A DNA stretch of 58,483 nucleotides, counting the filler, from Piptocephalis cylindrospora (Eukaryota), in NCBI GenBank assembly GCA_003614145.1. It is 5 parts of 5 records of this genome, joined end to end, with 100 filler letters (N's around TTAATTAATTAA, not from the genome) between each part and the next. Parts side by side here need not be neighbours in the genome. Positions count along the whole stretch, not along the records: positions 1 to 11,778 come from KZ987993.1; positions 11,879 to 23,560 come from KZ987994.1; 3 more parts are not named here. One strand, written 5' to 3'. Position numbers and translations under genes: made by a program. Within the stretch, counting starts at the first letter, position 1, and the number at the start of each line of letters is the position of its first letter. The notes beneath the pieces were generated by a model that saw only the letters and a program-made list of their open reading frames with translations, made no database searches and had not been told where the DNA came from. Shown piece after piece: positions 1 to 12,677 of this stretch.

Positions 1-20
1 CCATGTGGATACATCACCCC
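1..20. repeat. 20-bp inverted copy (fold-back) of 619-638 at contig start
   Basis: 1-20 CCATGTGGATACATCACCCC is the exact reverse complement of 619-638 GGGGTGATGTATCCACATGG. Confidence 0.9.
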
Positions 21-1525
21 CGTATCAAACATTCTCTCGGTGGTGAGACGTAAAAGGGATTTGTCCACATGGAAAATACCAGTACCTGGAGTGACGACAA
101 CAATGGAAAGGCCTGTGCGTACAAGATCACGGTCAATGTAATGGCGATCAAAGGTGGTGAGGGCTAGATTAACGGCTTCGAGGATATTGCCCTCCTCGGC
201 GGAGGTATTAGACCCGGTGATGGAGACATACTCCCCTCCACCATCCTGTTGTTCCAGGATGGTCTGTTGAAAGGTAACAAATTCGCGCCGAAGCTGGCCG
301 AGGGATTCTCTCCAGCCTCGACCGTGGGATTCGCAGTCAGCAAGGACCTTGTAGAAATCTCGATACCACTTTCCACTCCATGAGCAGTAAAGTCTATCGG
401 GCCCCTCGGTGGGATAGAGAACACGAGTGAAGAGGATGATGGAGACAACATGGTGGGTGGAGGCATCCTCCCACCGACGAAAGAGTTCAGGGAGAAAGCC
501 AGAGGTGGCCTTTTCAAAATAGACCTCGCCATCCTCGTCAAAGTCCCACATTTCTCGGGACATTTGAAGGAAGAGATGGAATCTTGCGGATTCGGACCGA
601 AAGAGTATTTTTGTATCTGGGGTGATGTATCCACATGGAGTCTATGGGAATAAGAGAGAGGGACTGAGTAAAAGGGTGGTGGGGAAAAAGAAGTGAACAG
701 ACATACCGGCTGACCCTGGCAGTATATTTCCTTGACGGTAGTATGGATACATCCAGCAAAAGTGATGCGTTTCTTGGTGTAGACACAGGTGCCTTGAATG
801 CTACGGTTCAGTCTCCACATGTCGCTTCGGCCCAAATACTGATCCCGAAAGGTAAGGGTGACAAAGTCGGCGGCAACGGATTTAGGATCAACCTATTCTC
901 AAGTAATGGAGAGGACGTTTAGATGAAGGGAGGAGGGAGGTGATGAAGAAAAGGGAAGCCACGTACTCTTTTGACCAGAACATCGGCACGGGATTGAAAG
1001 CCAAAGGCCTGTTGAATCTCTTGGCAAAGGGAAATCTACAAGTGGTAGGAGTGATAAGAGGATGGATGAGGCAGTTCTTATGACGTGAGAGAAGGGGAGA
1101 GAGAGAGAGGGAGAGAGACGGACCTGAAAGGAGGGGCGGGAAATAAGATCCTTATCGGGTTCATGATACATGACAAGGACGCGTCTCTGGCCCTGGGAAG
1201 GCCGTTTCCTACCAGGAGGAGCCAGGTCGGATTTGGATGAGGGGGAGGATGGGGTAGGGGCCTGATAGTGATGGGAGCCGGCTCGGGATTCGTCCCGGGA
1301 AGGCTGATAAATTTGCAGAATATGTCCGTTCTGAAGGTTAGGAAGAGCATCTGGACGGATGAGGGCTTCATGCTCGGAGAAGGAGGGGGGATGGACCCAC
1401 AGGTTTAGGGTCTGCCACTCGCCCACGTTGGCAGGATGGCCAAAGTGGATCGGGCCAGAGCGAGAGGTGGGTGGGGTGGTGACGGGAGTTGTAGGATGGG
1501 ATATGGGTTTTAGTGCGGGCGGCAT
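21..1525 (-). CDS. IML1: IML1/SEA1/DEPDC5 (GATOR1/SEACIT subunit), 5' part; 3' end cut by contig edge
   Basis: Exons 1525-1124, 1035-967, 892-707, 641-~21 with GT..AG introns. Spliced protein has FRDQYLGRSDMWRL, FRSESARFHLFLQMSREMWDFDEDGEVYFEK and GNILEAVNLAL..FDRHYIDRDLVRTG, typical of Iml1/DEPDC5. Confidence 0.93.
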
Positions 1526-2459
1526 CGTGATGGGATGGAGGATAGGATCGCTGGACTAGAGTATAAGGAAGGATGGTGTCAGCATGGGAAAGTAATACGG
1601 AACGGGTGCGATGGAGTGCTCCAGTACTGGCTATCCAGATCAGGAGAAGGGAACACTGTTACCTCGACATACGGTGCTGGACGTCAGCAAGGACAATCCA
1701 AGGTCCGGGATAGTGGAGGACAAGGAGGAAGAGGAGAAAGGAGGGTTGAGGGATCACAGAGTCATATAGTCATCGGGGGGTTGAGCTTGACCCATGCACT
1801 TTATTTCAATAACAGGGTCGATGCGTTGTTCTCGGTGGGAATTTCATTGTCTTCAATGTTGCACTGCTTCTACTAAGAGATCTTGAAGGATGAAAAGGAT
1901 CCCTTTTCAGTATTTGATGGCGAGTGGAAACTATTGATGGTCCCTGCTTACCAAAAGGAACATGGCGTGCCCATTCTTCTAGGTTAGGTGATAATAAAAT
2001 CAGTTTATTTTCCCTCATGGGGAAGGCTATGGAGTATCCGAACGCATTACCCGCCTAGGCCCATCCTTCTAGGCTAGGTGAAGCTAGGTAATTATGTATA
2101 AGCTTGCTTCAATGAGACTGGCTAAAGTATTATAGAAAGAATCAACAGGGATGGGAGGAATGAGTTGACATGAACTTATTCATCGCAAAACTGCTAATTC
2201 TAACGGCATGCTAGGTCAATACTGGCTTATCCGTAGCTGAAAAATGAATGGCTCTTTTATGTTGTATTTACCCCTATAGTGGGGGGATTGCTTATCACGT
2301 CAATTGCCCCCAAGAACGTGTTTTGGGATAACACGTCGTCCTTAGAAAGGTTGCACACATCTCCCGCGGTCCCAAACACCTAGGATCTCGTCACCCCTTT
2401 CTTTATCCTTTCATCTCTCTGGGATCCCATCTTTTCTGCTCAATTCAAGCTAGAAAAAC

Positions 2460-3831
2460 ATGTCATTTGGACAGGGCCTTACTACGCGCTCGAGCTTCCT
2501 CTATGGAACCTTGCTGGGTCTTTTGGGTGGACACGTCATCTTGAGACTCCTTTACCGCCTACTTCCCCGACTTGTTCCAGGCCCTGGCCAGTGGAGGAAG
2601 CCGGAGGGGCATGGCGTGCCTCGGGTCACCCCGACCATTCTGGCCCAGCCGTTGATCGCCGATAGTGTATGCGATCTGGTAGGACACACGCCCCTTGTTC
2701 GGATCCACTCGTTGTCCGAAGCCACTGGCTGTGACATCCTGGTAAGCCTAAAGTATTGTCCCGGGTCAGTACGGTATATCTCACATTGACCCTGACTCGA
2801 CTATGATGTGGGGTGGGTGATAGGCAAAGGCCGAGTTCTTAAACCCTGCAGGAAGTACGAAGGATCGGGTGGCGCTAGCCATGATTCAGGAGGCAGAGAA
2901 GAAGGGGAAATTGGTTCCGGGGACGGCATCGACGATCTTTGAAGGAACGGTGGGGTCGACGGGGATCTCCTTGGCGACCCTAGCAAGATCCCGGGGATAT
3001 GGGTGTCACATTGTCATGCCGGATGACCAAGCCAAGGAAAAGTACGAGTTGCTGGAAAGGCTGGGAGCAACGGTGGAGAGGGTGAGACCCGCGTCGATTG
3101 TGGACAGCAACCATTTCGTGCATGTGGCGAAACGAAGGGCGGAGGAATTCGATGCGACGTCCCTTCAGGCCTACCGGGAGGCCGGAGGCACGGATGGGCA
3201 GTGTGCTCGGGGATACTTTGCGGACCAGTTTGAGAACCTCACGAACCACCGGGCCCATGCTCAGACCACTGGCCCGGAGATCTGGGCGCAGACGTCAGGA
3301 CGGTTGGATGCGTTTGTGGCGGGCTCCGGGACGGGAGGAACGATTGGCGGGGTGGGGAGCCACCTGAAGCGACGAGCCCCGAACGTTCGAGTTATTCTGG
3401 CGGATCCCCAGGGAAGCGGTTTGTATAATCGAGTACGACACGGTATTTTCTACGCCTCTCAGGAGCAGGAGGGGACACGAAAGCGGCATCAAGTGGACAC
3501 TGTGGTGGAGGGCGTGGGGAATAATCGGTTGACGCGGAACTTTTCTCAGGGCGAGGCGCACATTGATCAGGCCATCCGGGTGTCGGATGCTGAGGCGGTG
3601 CGCATGGCCCGGTGGCTCTCCCATCGCGATGGTCTCTTCATTGGGAGTTCAACCGCAGTGAATTGCGTGGCGGCCCTTCGTGTGGCTCGGTCCATGGGTC
3701 CGGGTCATCGGATTGTCACGCTCATGTGCGATTCTGGACATCGACACCTGACCAAGTTTTGGGATGATGCCTACGTCGAGGCCCATGGGCTGGACTCGTC
3801 CATCCCCGAAAGCCTGTCTTTTGTTGCATGA
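2460..3831 (+). CDS. Cysteine synthase-like PLP enzyme (cysteine synthase 2/MCY1 type) with hydrophobic N-terminus
   Basis: Exons 2460-2741 and 2824-3831. Motifs GHTPLVRI, KAEFLNPAGSTKDR (PLP lysine), EGTVGSTG, GSGTGGT, CDSGHRHL. Confidence 0.93.
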
Positions 3832-4983
3832 GTAGCGACGACTCAATAGACATAGTAGCTGCTGTGTGCTTTATCCTGGACGGTCATGACGAGATGGAAA
3901 TTTCCCTGGCAGAGTCCTACAGACATCGGGGTCAATGGCGGAGGTGACACGTCTAGTGAACGGGGCGAGGATCGGCAGAGTGGAGTTGACATGGTCTGCA
4001 ACCGCCATAGAGCCATGACGGAGTTCCTAGGGAGGTGTCCTCCAGATCTTTGCGTTTTAGGTGGTAGGGCAACGAACAAGAGGTAGTGGGCACGTTGCGT
4101 TGTGTTGCATTGGCCCATCCTCCTCCTCCTCCTTCTCCTCCTCCCTCACTGACTGGGGAAAATGGTACTAAGCATGCTCACTCTGTCCTTTTCTTCACTT
4201 AAGGCCCCATTTCCCTACTTTGCAGAGGGACGGTATGTTCACGCTCATATTCATCATTGATAACGGCCCAGTCCCTTATGAGTCCTCACACAGGGGTGAC
4301 GATCTAGGGATATTGTCTGTCAAGTCTCGCATCCCATTCCATTCTCAGATCACTGACCAGACGATGAGTGAGAGGTAAAGGTAAAAATTGGGGATGTGCA
4401 AGCGAGTGAAACCCTCGGGACCAGAACTGTACGATGGATGTTTCCATGCCAGCCCTTCCCCTTGGACCGCCGATTTGGACTCTTCTAATGCCAAGGTCGT
4501 CCTCGTATATATCATCCTTGGATGGGTAGTGATGGATGACCAGCTTAGCCCAAACCCTTAACTCTCTTTGAAATCCTCCGGACATTTTCAATAACCCGGA
4601 TGTAAATGGGACGGATGACTCTCTTGGGTCGTTAGGGGGGTTCTGGCCTCTAGTATCCAGCCAAATCTTCTTTAGAACACTCGACCTTCCTTGGGTCAGT
4701 CAGTCCGGTCATGGCTTCAGTGTGTGAGATACTTGGAGGAATATCTCTTTCCAGCAGGACTTCTTCGCTTCCCCCTTTCCTCTCCCACAAGGTAGTGCCA
4801 TGATTCAAATGGAATGTTCCATCGAAGGTGTGTCTGTGTCTGCTCCTGACTTTCATCGTGCAAGCTAGCCAAGGGATCTGCCTAGCGCCAGGCATTGGTG
4901 CCATTGATCTCCACATCCACACTTTTTGAACCCTTTTTGTACGAGAGCCCATGTGTGTTTGTGTCTGTATGTCTTTGTGTGTA

Positions 4984-5037
<54 letters not shown>
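4984..5037. repeat. Compound (TC)n(GT)n microsatellite
   Basis: Directly visible. Confidence 0.95.
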
Positions 5038-5040
<3 letters not shown>

Positions 5041-5052
5041 ATACCCGGGAAA

Positions 5053-6084
5053 ATGCGCCTATTGTCCTTCGACCCGTCAGTAGAGGGAGACCAAGGGGCA
5101 CACATGCCCTTCCTTCCCCTAACTTACTTGGTGCCACCTTTCCGCGTCTCGCACACTCCTCTCCATCCTCAAGGGACTGCCGGTACTACGGTGGCGCAAA
5201 TTCGCAAGCCAAGGACTGGGTCATAGTGGAGGATGGGACCGGCTTCACCGCCACCATGCCTCATGTCGAATCATCCATCCATGTCTATAAAGGCCTCGCG
5301 TTTCCCTCAGTCCCTTCCCTCGCCCCCAGACCTATCACCCAGCCTGTACTTCATCCCAACTCAGTTAGTCGTATCTCCTCTCTCCTCTCTCCTCTTCACC
5401 ATCCATTCCAGGACACCTGATTAGCCCTGGAGCCACACTGGTTATGCTCATCTCTCCTTCCCATGCCCCAAGGGCAAATCGTGCTAGCTTTGGAAGGATC
5501 TCAGCGGATCTCGCGGTGACCACCATGTCATGGGGTATAAATGGATCGGAAAGCATATTATCTGTCGCTTCCTCCTCCCCCCCCCATCCCTCATTTCTCC
5601 AGGTCATCATGACCGGGGTGGGATGGGGGGGGATATATCCTCTCCCTCATTCTCTTCTTCCTCCAGTTCCTCCAGAACCTACTCCCCCACCACTCCCACC
5701 TCCCATGTCCCTTCTATCCCGTTCAAGGAGCACTCGGTCCTTCTGCATGGCCGGCTTGAAGGGGTTCTCGCTCAGTCAGGTCCCCCAGTCGCTTCAAAGA
5801 ACGTTGACGGTGGGATCCGACTCACGCCAAAAGGACAAGAAATAGCTCCTTCATCTCCTTTTCCCAGACTCATCACTTCTATCCCGCGGACCCATCTCAA
5901 GGCCGAGCCCATCCTATCCACCCCGGTCATCCAAGCCTCCCAACCCACCCATCTATGGACTCGACCCAAGTACTCGGATCTGTGGGCACCCGCCTCCGGA
6001 TCCTGGTCCAAGCCCTCCATCCACCTTGATCATGCACCCGCCATCAGTCCTATACTTATCCCAGGCCCTCCCCATCCCCGGTGA
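5053..6084 (+). CDS. Possible multi-exon hypothetical Ser/Pro-rich protein
   Basis: Phase-consistent intron 5535-5602 leads into the 5530-6084 frame. Upstream exon structure is uncertain and no domain is recognised. Confidence 0.3.
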
Positions 6085-6527
6085 CCTCTCCTCCGTGTTG
6101 CTGTAATGCTCTGTTCCATCATGAGCTGTACAGATATACGGAGTCTCCCCAGCGCACATCTCCCTAATTGTATAGCCCCCTCTCATCTCTACTTCAAAAT
6201 AAATTTTGATCTTCCTAGACCTTTCTTATAGCTTCTTTCTTTGTATTGGTATGGACATCATAGAACTCTGGCACCATTCAACCCACACAATAGTCATCAT
6301 AATCATCGTATTATCAAGACGTCATACTAGTCATCGTGTATGACATGAATGTAAAATCAATAGGCCGTGTTTCATCACCTTTGATCCTGATAGAGCCCCA
6401 GTCATTCCATCTCAATCATTTCTTTACCTATCCTCCATCCCACAGCTCATCTTTCTCTCTATCCACCTTCCCCATTCCCATATCTCATCCCACCTCCCTA
6501 AATACCCAGCCAACCTAGTAACCCAGC

Positions 6528-7625
6528 ATGCGTCGACGCGGTGCTGGTATCGCCGGACTACAGAGACAGGCACAGGCCAAGGTTTCTTATTCATCCTTGC
6601 AACTCCTCCGAGCCCTCCTACTCACACAGCCTTATCCCGCTTGTTCTTTTATAGGAGCAATACAGAGAGGCAGGGTATGCCCTGGCCACAAGCCAATTCG
6701 AACAGGTTGGTACTGCATACTCTGTCTTTATCCTCCAAACCCACCATTTCTCACCTGCCCTGCCCTCCCAGCTCAACGCTCAGCTTGACCTGTTCCGTAC
6801 CCATTTAACTCAATTTTCTCAGAATCACCAGCTGACACTACGAAAGGACCCGGTTGTCCGGGCTCGTTTCCTTCAGCTATGCTCCCTTTTGGATGTCGAT
6901 CCACTGGCTGGTGCGTCACTTCAACAACAGCACCTCATGGCTCCATATTTCCCACTCATCATCATTGCCCCTTGGAGTAGTCGATGCCACCTCCAGTGCG
7001 TCCTTATCCCAAAAATCTCCAAGGCCCCAGTTAATCATGCAGGTCATTGAAGCCGCATCCTCCTCTAGGCACTATGATGGTGGACTCACCCCTTTGGGGA
7101 CCTTGCATGATCGACTTCTCCTCAAGAATCAAGGGGTCACTCCAGATGATATCCTTCGCGCCATTGAGGCTCTCAATGTACTTGGTGCTGGATGGGAGGT
7201 CCTTCATCTCGGTGGGAACCAGTATATCCAGAGCCTTCCTAGTCTTCTCAGTCCCGATACCTCCGAGGCCCTCTCCCTCATCCAGGTATGTATGCGCTCG
7301 TAAGGCTATATTTAGAGAAGCTCCTCTTCAACTCATTCTCATTGATACATGGATAGAGCCTTGGTCAAGGTCATGTCAACGCCGATCAACTGACAAGTCA
7401 TCTGGGCTGGACCAAGGCAAGGGCCATGGCTTGCATGGTGAGTCGGCCTTCCTTGATCTGCTCTCTTTTCTCCCCCTCTTCCTTCCTTCCTTCCTCTAAT
7501 AATAATGCGATTCCGCCATCACGAGATAGGAGGATGCCCTTCGACATGGCATTTGTTGGGTGGACGACGTCGCCTCTCCCCCTCAATATTGGGTCCCAGC
7601 CTTTTCCCTCCAGGGCAAGTACTGA
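6528..7625 (+). CDS. SNF8: ESCRT-II subunit SNF8/VPS22/EAP30, with an internal micro-inversion at 7003-7030
   Basis: Exons start at 6528, 6655, 6772, 6981, ~7356 and 7530. MRRRGAGIAGL, LRKDPVVRARFLQLCSLLDVDPLA, VTPDDILRAIEALNVLGAG, LGWTKARA and GICWVDD..PPQYWVP match the Snf8 family. Confidence 0.92.
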
Positions 7626-7831
7626 TTGCATCGGTTGGTATCCCCTCGGTGCACACGGATCTGTCAGTTTTCCCAACCTTTTGAACTAAACCATCCAATT
7701 TGTGTTATACTCAATAAAGTCAAAGGATAACATTGTTGTTTATTATCATTGGCTCAGCAGCACGAGGGCATAATAGACCCAAAGGGGTATCCGCACTTGC
7801 ACACATAGAGACTGGTCCCATGCGTCTCCCC

Positions 7832-10800
7832 TCAGGGTGGGGACGTTGGAGCGGAAGATACCTCACCACCTCTCATCACCGCTCCCACTGTTGTTTCCTC
7901 CAATGCTTCCTTGCCAGTCTCATCATCATCGCTCAGGATAAGCACACTCTCATTCTGTCTCTCGTTACCTACGGGTGGTACCTCTTTCGTTACATTCTGC
8001 TCATTCAAATGAATTTCGCTAGAGATGTTCTGCACCACAGCCTTATTAAAAGAAAGAGCGATTTTTGTGCTTGAGTGATTCATCTCAAGATCCTGGCCCA
8101 TGGTATCCAAAGTGTTCTTTGTCTGATTCCCCGGCGGATCCTGCGGTTCAAGTCTTACCGAATTTGTCCCACGAGCCACTCGAATGGGCGGGGAATACCA
8201 GATATGAAAGTCGTCCGGATTTAGTGTGTCCATCTTCCGAAAGGGTCTGAGCACCGACAATTTGAGTTCATATACCCCGTCCGGGACCAGCTCCTCGTTT
8301 CGTGAATTCATCAATACCATGTCTTTCCCCTGGGTGATGTTGGCATTGGCATCATTTCCCTGAATCGTATCTAGACCCTCGAATCTGTTAGCTATCGCTG
8401 GATCATCTGATCCGATGGAGTCGGCCTCGGTCGTACTCATCTTGGTCCCCGACCATTGGAGAACGTGCATGGCCGAGCTGGTTCCATTGTTATTACGGGA
8501 GAGCCATCGTTGGTAGCCTTGCGGGATCCACCCATGATTCACTGTCCTGCCTTCCCCCAAAATCTCCACCATCACTAACTTGGCCGGGAAGACGAGGCGG
8601 AAGCCAATACCCACCGGGTCTTCCTCAGGCCCAAACGTAAAGGATCGGCTGGCCAAGCTTGTCTTATTAAACAGCACTATTTGCGCTTCTTGGTACTGGA
8701 AGATGGCCGGGAGGACCTCGGTACTCGGGTCCATCTGATCCATGGAAGAGAGATCTCCAACATACCCCGAATAAGGAATATTCAGGGTGTGTGATTTGCT
8801 CGTGGCAGGATCCATATCCATAGGTCGGAAACGAACATACCCCGAGTAAAGCCAAGTCCCATTGTTGGCCAGAAAAGAAGGCCTCTTCCCAAGCACCCGT
8901 ACCTTCACCGACCCCCAGGGCGGAACGATGACCTGCGTGGTGTTAGTGATGACCTCGGCAAAGTAGTTCGTAGGCTCAGGAGAGCTGGTCAGGGAATTCA
9001 TTTTAGCCGAAAGGGTCTGGGCAGGGACGTGGTCCAAAGAGTATCTCAAGGGGGTATCAGAGTAGCTAAATATCTCCAGGTCTTCCCCAAACTCCCATTC
9101 TCCTAGATGACGCGCATGAACCGTATCATTAAAGGAAAAGCTGGAAGGGACCACCACAGCCTGACCCTCCGTCACCTTCGCCACCCGTAGGATTCCAGAG
9201 CCCTGTTTTACTACCGATGCCAGGGGAAAGTATTTGCCTTCCATATAGTGGAAGCTAGCATTCTTGGGCATCCCATAATTTTGGATCATGGCGTGTTGAT
9301 GCTCGATCGACATGGGTCGCTTCAAGGACCGGGATCGTTCTAGGACAAGAGCCATGGCTCCAGTAATAAATGGGGCTGCCTGGCTGGTACCACTGATGGT
9401 GGCATACGAGCTTAATGCCAACGGATATGTACTGTACACGTATCGGCCGGGGCCACATACACTGGGCTTGACGAATAGCTCGGGGTCTAGGCCCCAGGAG
9501 GAAAAGTATGAAGGGGCGGTTCCCCCCTGGTACTTGTACTCCTTGGCTTCCTTGCGAAAGGTCATTAAAGTAGACTTGCCATCCTGGAACCTTTTGAGTA
9601 ATCTAGACCCCGATCTCGTAGAGATTCCCAGGACCGGAACAGGAAGCACGGTGGTATCAGTCAGATCCGACGCCGACATGGCCGGCATCCCGGCAAGCGT
9701 ACTGGCTAAGAGGATCCCCGCTACCCCGGCTGCCTCAGCTGCTTGAGCCTTTTCACGCACGCTGCATCGGGTCTCGATGACAACCACAAATTTCCCTTTG
9801 GCTTCTGGAGGATACTGGCACCCGTAATAATAATCGATGTTCGAGTTTTGATACAAAACATGAATCTCTCGACCATCAATGAGGCTAGGAAGCTGGTCCA
9901 TCGAGTAGTCCATTCCCCAGAGCATAAAGTTATACTCGTAGCTATCGTCGAGGACGGTAAAATAGTTACTTATGTACGATCCGGCATCAAAGGAGCATGC
10001 TGAAATGACCCCCTTTCCCAGAGACATCACTGAAGTTTGCCACATCCCCTCAACCCCGTCATTCCCAGCGGAGGCAACGACCGTGATGTTACGGACATTC
10101 ACAAGCCAGGAGGTTTTACGGGCCAAAGGGTGCTCAGACCACCCAGTAGTCCCGCCTATACTGAGGTTAATGATGTCCATACCATCATCGGCGGCCATCT
10201 CCATAGCGGCGATGAGGTTCCCAGTGGTGACGGGAATACTTCTGTCGCAGTCCACCACACGGTATATACCTAGGGTGGCGCCAGGGGCAACGGCCGTAAC
10301 ATTAGGATCGTTAGAGGATATCAAGCCTGCAACATGGGTCCCATGTCCATGGCAATTATCCATGGGATCAGTGGAGTTGTTGAGAAAATTGTAGCCATGG
10401 GTAACACGCATTCCAGCTCCCATTTTTCCCCCAAAGGCCGGATGGGTATAATCGATGCCTGAGTCAATGATGCCAATCTTGACACCTTTCCCAGTGAAAG
10501 ATTGATTCCCAATGTCGTACTTTACACCTGTGATCCCGTCCACCATGATTGATGAGATACTACTATCTGGCTTGACCTGGACGGAGGCTGGGACAATCTC
10601 ACTTACGGGAAACTGTCAATGGGATGATTAGACGGAGTGTATAGGTGGACCAGAAGCCACTGATGTTCTCATTCTCCCTTGATCAAATATCACTTACAGG
10701 CTCCCACACATAGACAACACCAGGAGCAGATCGAATAACGATGAGGTCGGTGGGGTTATTGACAGTCACCTCGATGAGGTTCAGTGTCCGGGAAAATTGA

Positions 10801-11234
10801 TGTGTGACTTCCCCTGTGTTATTTTGACCTTGGATATACTTTATAAATACTTCTTGCTGCTTCTTAATCGTTTCCACACTTCCCCCAAACTCTACAGCAG
10901 GAGCTGACAACTCCACAAGGAATTTTCGAGATTTCCATTGGTCTTCGAACACATTGCCCGCATTGGGAGGTAGATGAACCTTCTTCATGGCACCGACCGA
11001 GAGACCGGTGGATTGGGAAAAGTCACTGCGTGGGCCCCGACGATGCAGATGGGATGGGGACCGTTGAAGGGGCGCAAGTATTTTGTGATGATTTTTGATA
11101 TGGCTTTGGCCAGCAGACGGGAGTGGCCGACTGGTTTGAATAGAGATATGGGAAAATATGCTCCAGGCATAAAGGAGGCCCAAGGATAAGAAAAAGGCAG
11201 GCGCCAAGAGCTGCCAGCGTCGAAAAGAAGCCAT
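7832..11234 (-). CDS. S8 subtilisin-like serine protease: N-terminal hydrophobic segment, I9-like prodomain, PA insert, Fn3-like C-terminal region
   Basis: Exons 11234-10698 and 10612-7832, in phase. Catalytic triad IIDSGIDY / HGHGTHVAG / SGTSQAAP, oxyanion AGNDG, and SYFSSWG...KP. Confidence 0.92.
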
Positions 11235-11320
11235 GACGAGGGAGGGCAAGGGGAAGAGAAGAGAGATATTATTACTTTGGAAGGGGAACGGAGAAAGTTC
11301 AAGGGCCTATGACCAGGAAT

Positions 11321-11322
<2 letters not shown>

Positions 11323-11354
<32 letters not shown>
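11323..11354. repeat. (AG)n microsatellite upstream of the subtilisin gene
   Basis: Directly visible. Confidence 0.9.
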
Positions 11355-11357
<3 letters not shown>

Positions 11358-11778
11358 GTTTGACAGCTACTTTACTATCCTCCAGGGATAAAGACAGAGT
11401 CAAGGAAGGATGTGGAGATGGGTAGGGTAAAGGAAGGTGGAAGAGGAACAGGGGGGGGGGAGAAGTGGAGGAAAGGAAGTTGAGGATGGTTAAAGTACCT
11501 TGACTTGGGGGATTGACGGGTCTACTTGAGCTTCATTTACTCAGGATGAATGATATCGTCTGAATGGCCGAAGATCAGTGACAACATTCTAAAGCTGACT
11601 AGACCTGGTGTTTCCCACATCGTCTCCCCCCCCCCCCCCCCCAACAACACCCACTGAGAAAAAGGAAAGCAGGGGAGGAGGTTCAAAGGAAAACGGGCCA
11701 AAAATGAACCTGAATCCCCCTCTTCCCCCCCCCCCCCCCCCCTTGTATCATCCAACCTCTGATAGAGTGAGCTTTCCT

Positions 11779-11878
11779 NNNNNNNNNNNNNNNNNNNNNN
11801 NNNNNNNNNNNNNNNNNNNNNNTTAATTAATTAANNNNNNNNNNNNNNNNNNNNNNNNNNNNNNNNNNNNNNNNNNNN
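11779..11878. other. Artificial contig linker N44-TTAATTAATTAA-N44
   Basis: Identical 100-nt spacer occurs four times; the 12-mer gives stops in all six frames. Confidence 0.97.
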
Positions 11879-12677
11879 GGGGGAAAGGGATGGGTAAAGG
11901 CAGGCAGGAGGGGGAGGAAGTGATGGAAAAGGAGTGTCACGGTCTATGATGCAAGCTTCTTTATATGAGGAGGGGGCTGGTTGCTCGTCTTGAAGCCAGC
12001 TCTCCTGACTTAGTGTGGCCTTGATATGAGAGAGATATAGAGGGCGCGGGGGTATAGGTAGAGACGCAGTGCTGTGACCCTTACACACGCTGTAAAGCCA
12101 AGGATGATATGATGACGGGGGTTCAGAGGCCTGGGGTCGGGAGAAAGGGACATATACACACCTACATAGTATGAAGAGAGAGAGGCCCCTTGTTGTGGGT
12201 CTGTCTCACAAAGGCTCCTTGCACTGCGGCAAGCCCTAAAGCGGATCATTAGAAAACAAGTGGGGGGCCTGATGAAGGTGGTACCACTTTCAATTTCCCT
12301 TAGTGCGTAGGGAAGGAGGAAAGTCCATTGGCGGAGAAGGCCAAAGGTGACCTTGCCCTCCTGATATATACCCAATCCAAGCAATAATAACTACCTCCAC
12401 TACCGTTACACTCCGCGACACTATGATCCATCATGTGAGAACAGAGGAAAGGCCAATAAGCCCAGATCATGCAGTACATCTCAAGAGTAATTCCGCCCAT
12501 GGTGCATACTGATACCAGGAAGAGAGATGACTCTTCGTACTCAATTCCCCTAAGCACGTATAATTCGTATGCTAAATGATTTTCTCTCTAAAGATGAAAA
12601 GAAGAAATATGGATCATCTTCCCTGATTAAAGCAGATTAGTCTCTCTGGGAATAGAAGGGAAGAATCGTCCATGGAA

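Noticed and set aside
4650..5226. ORFs with THTH/ERER/CVCV runs (also 26923-27167)
   Set aside because: Microsatellite-derived spurious frames.
11823..11834. TTAATTAATTAA repeated four times at ~11.6-kb spacing as a biological repeat
   Set aside because: It is always centred in N runs and is an artificial six-frame-stop linker.
11879..12560. Possible minus-strand gene with a PSSY motif running into the gap
   Set aside because: I could not build a convincing exon chain or recognise any homology.
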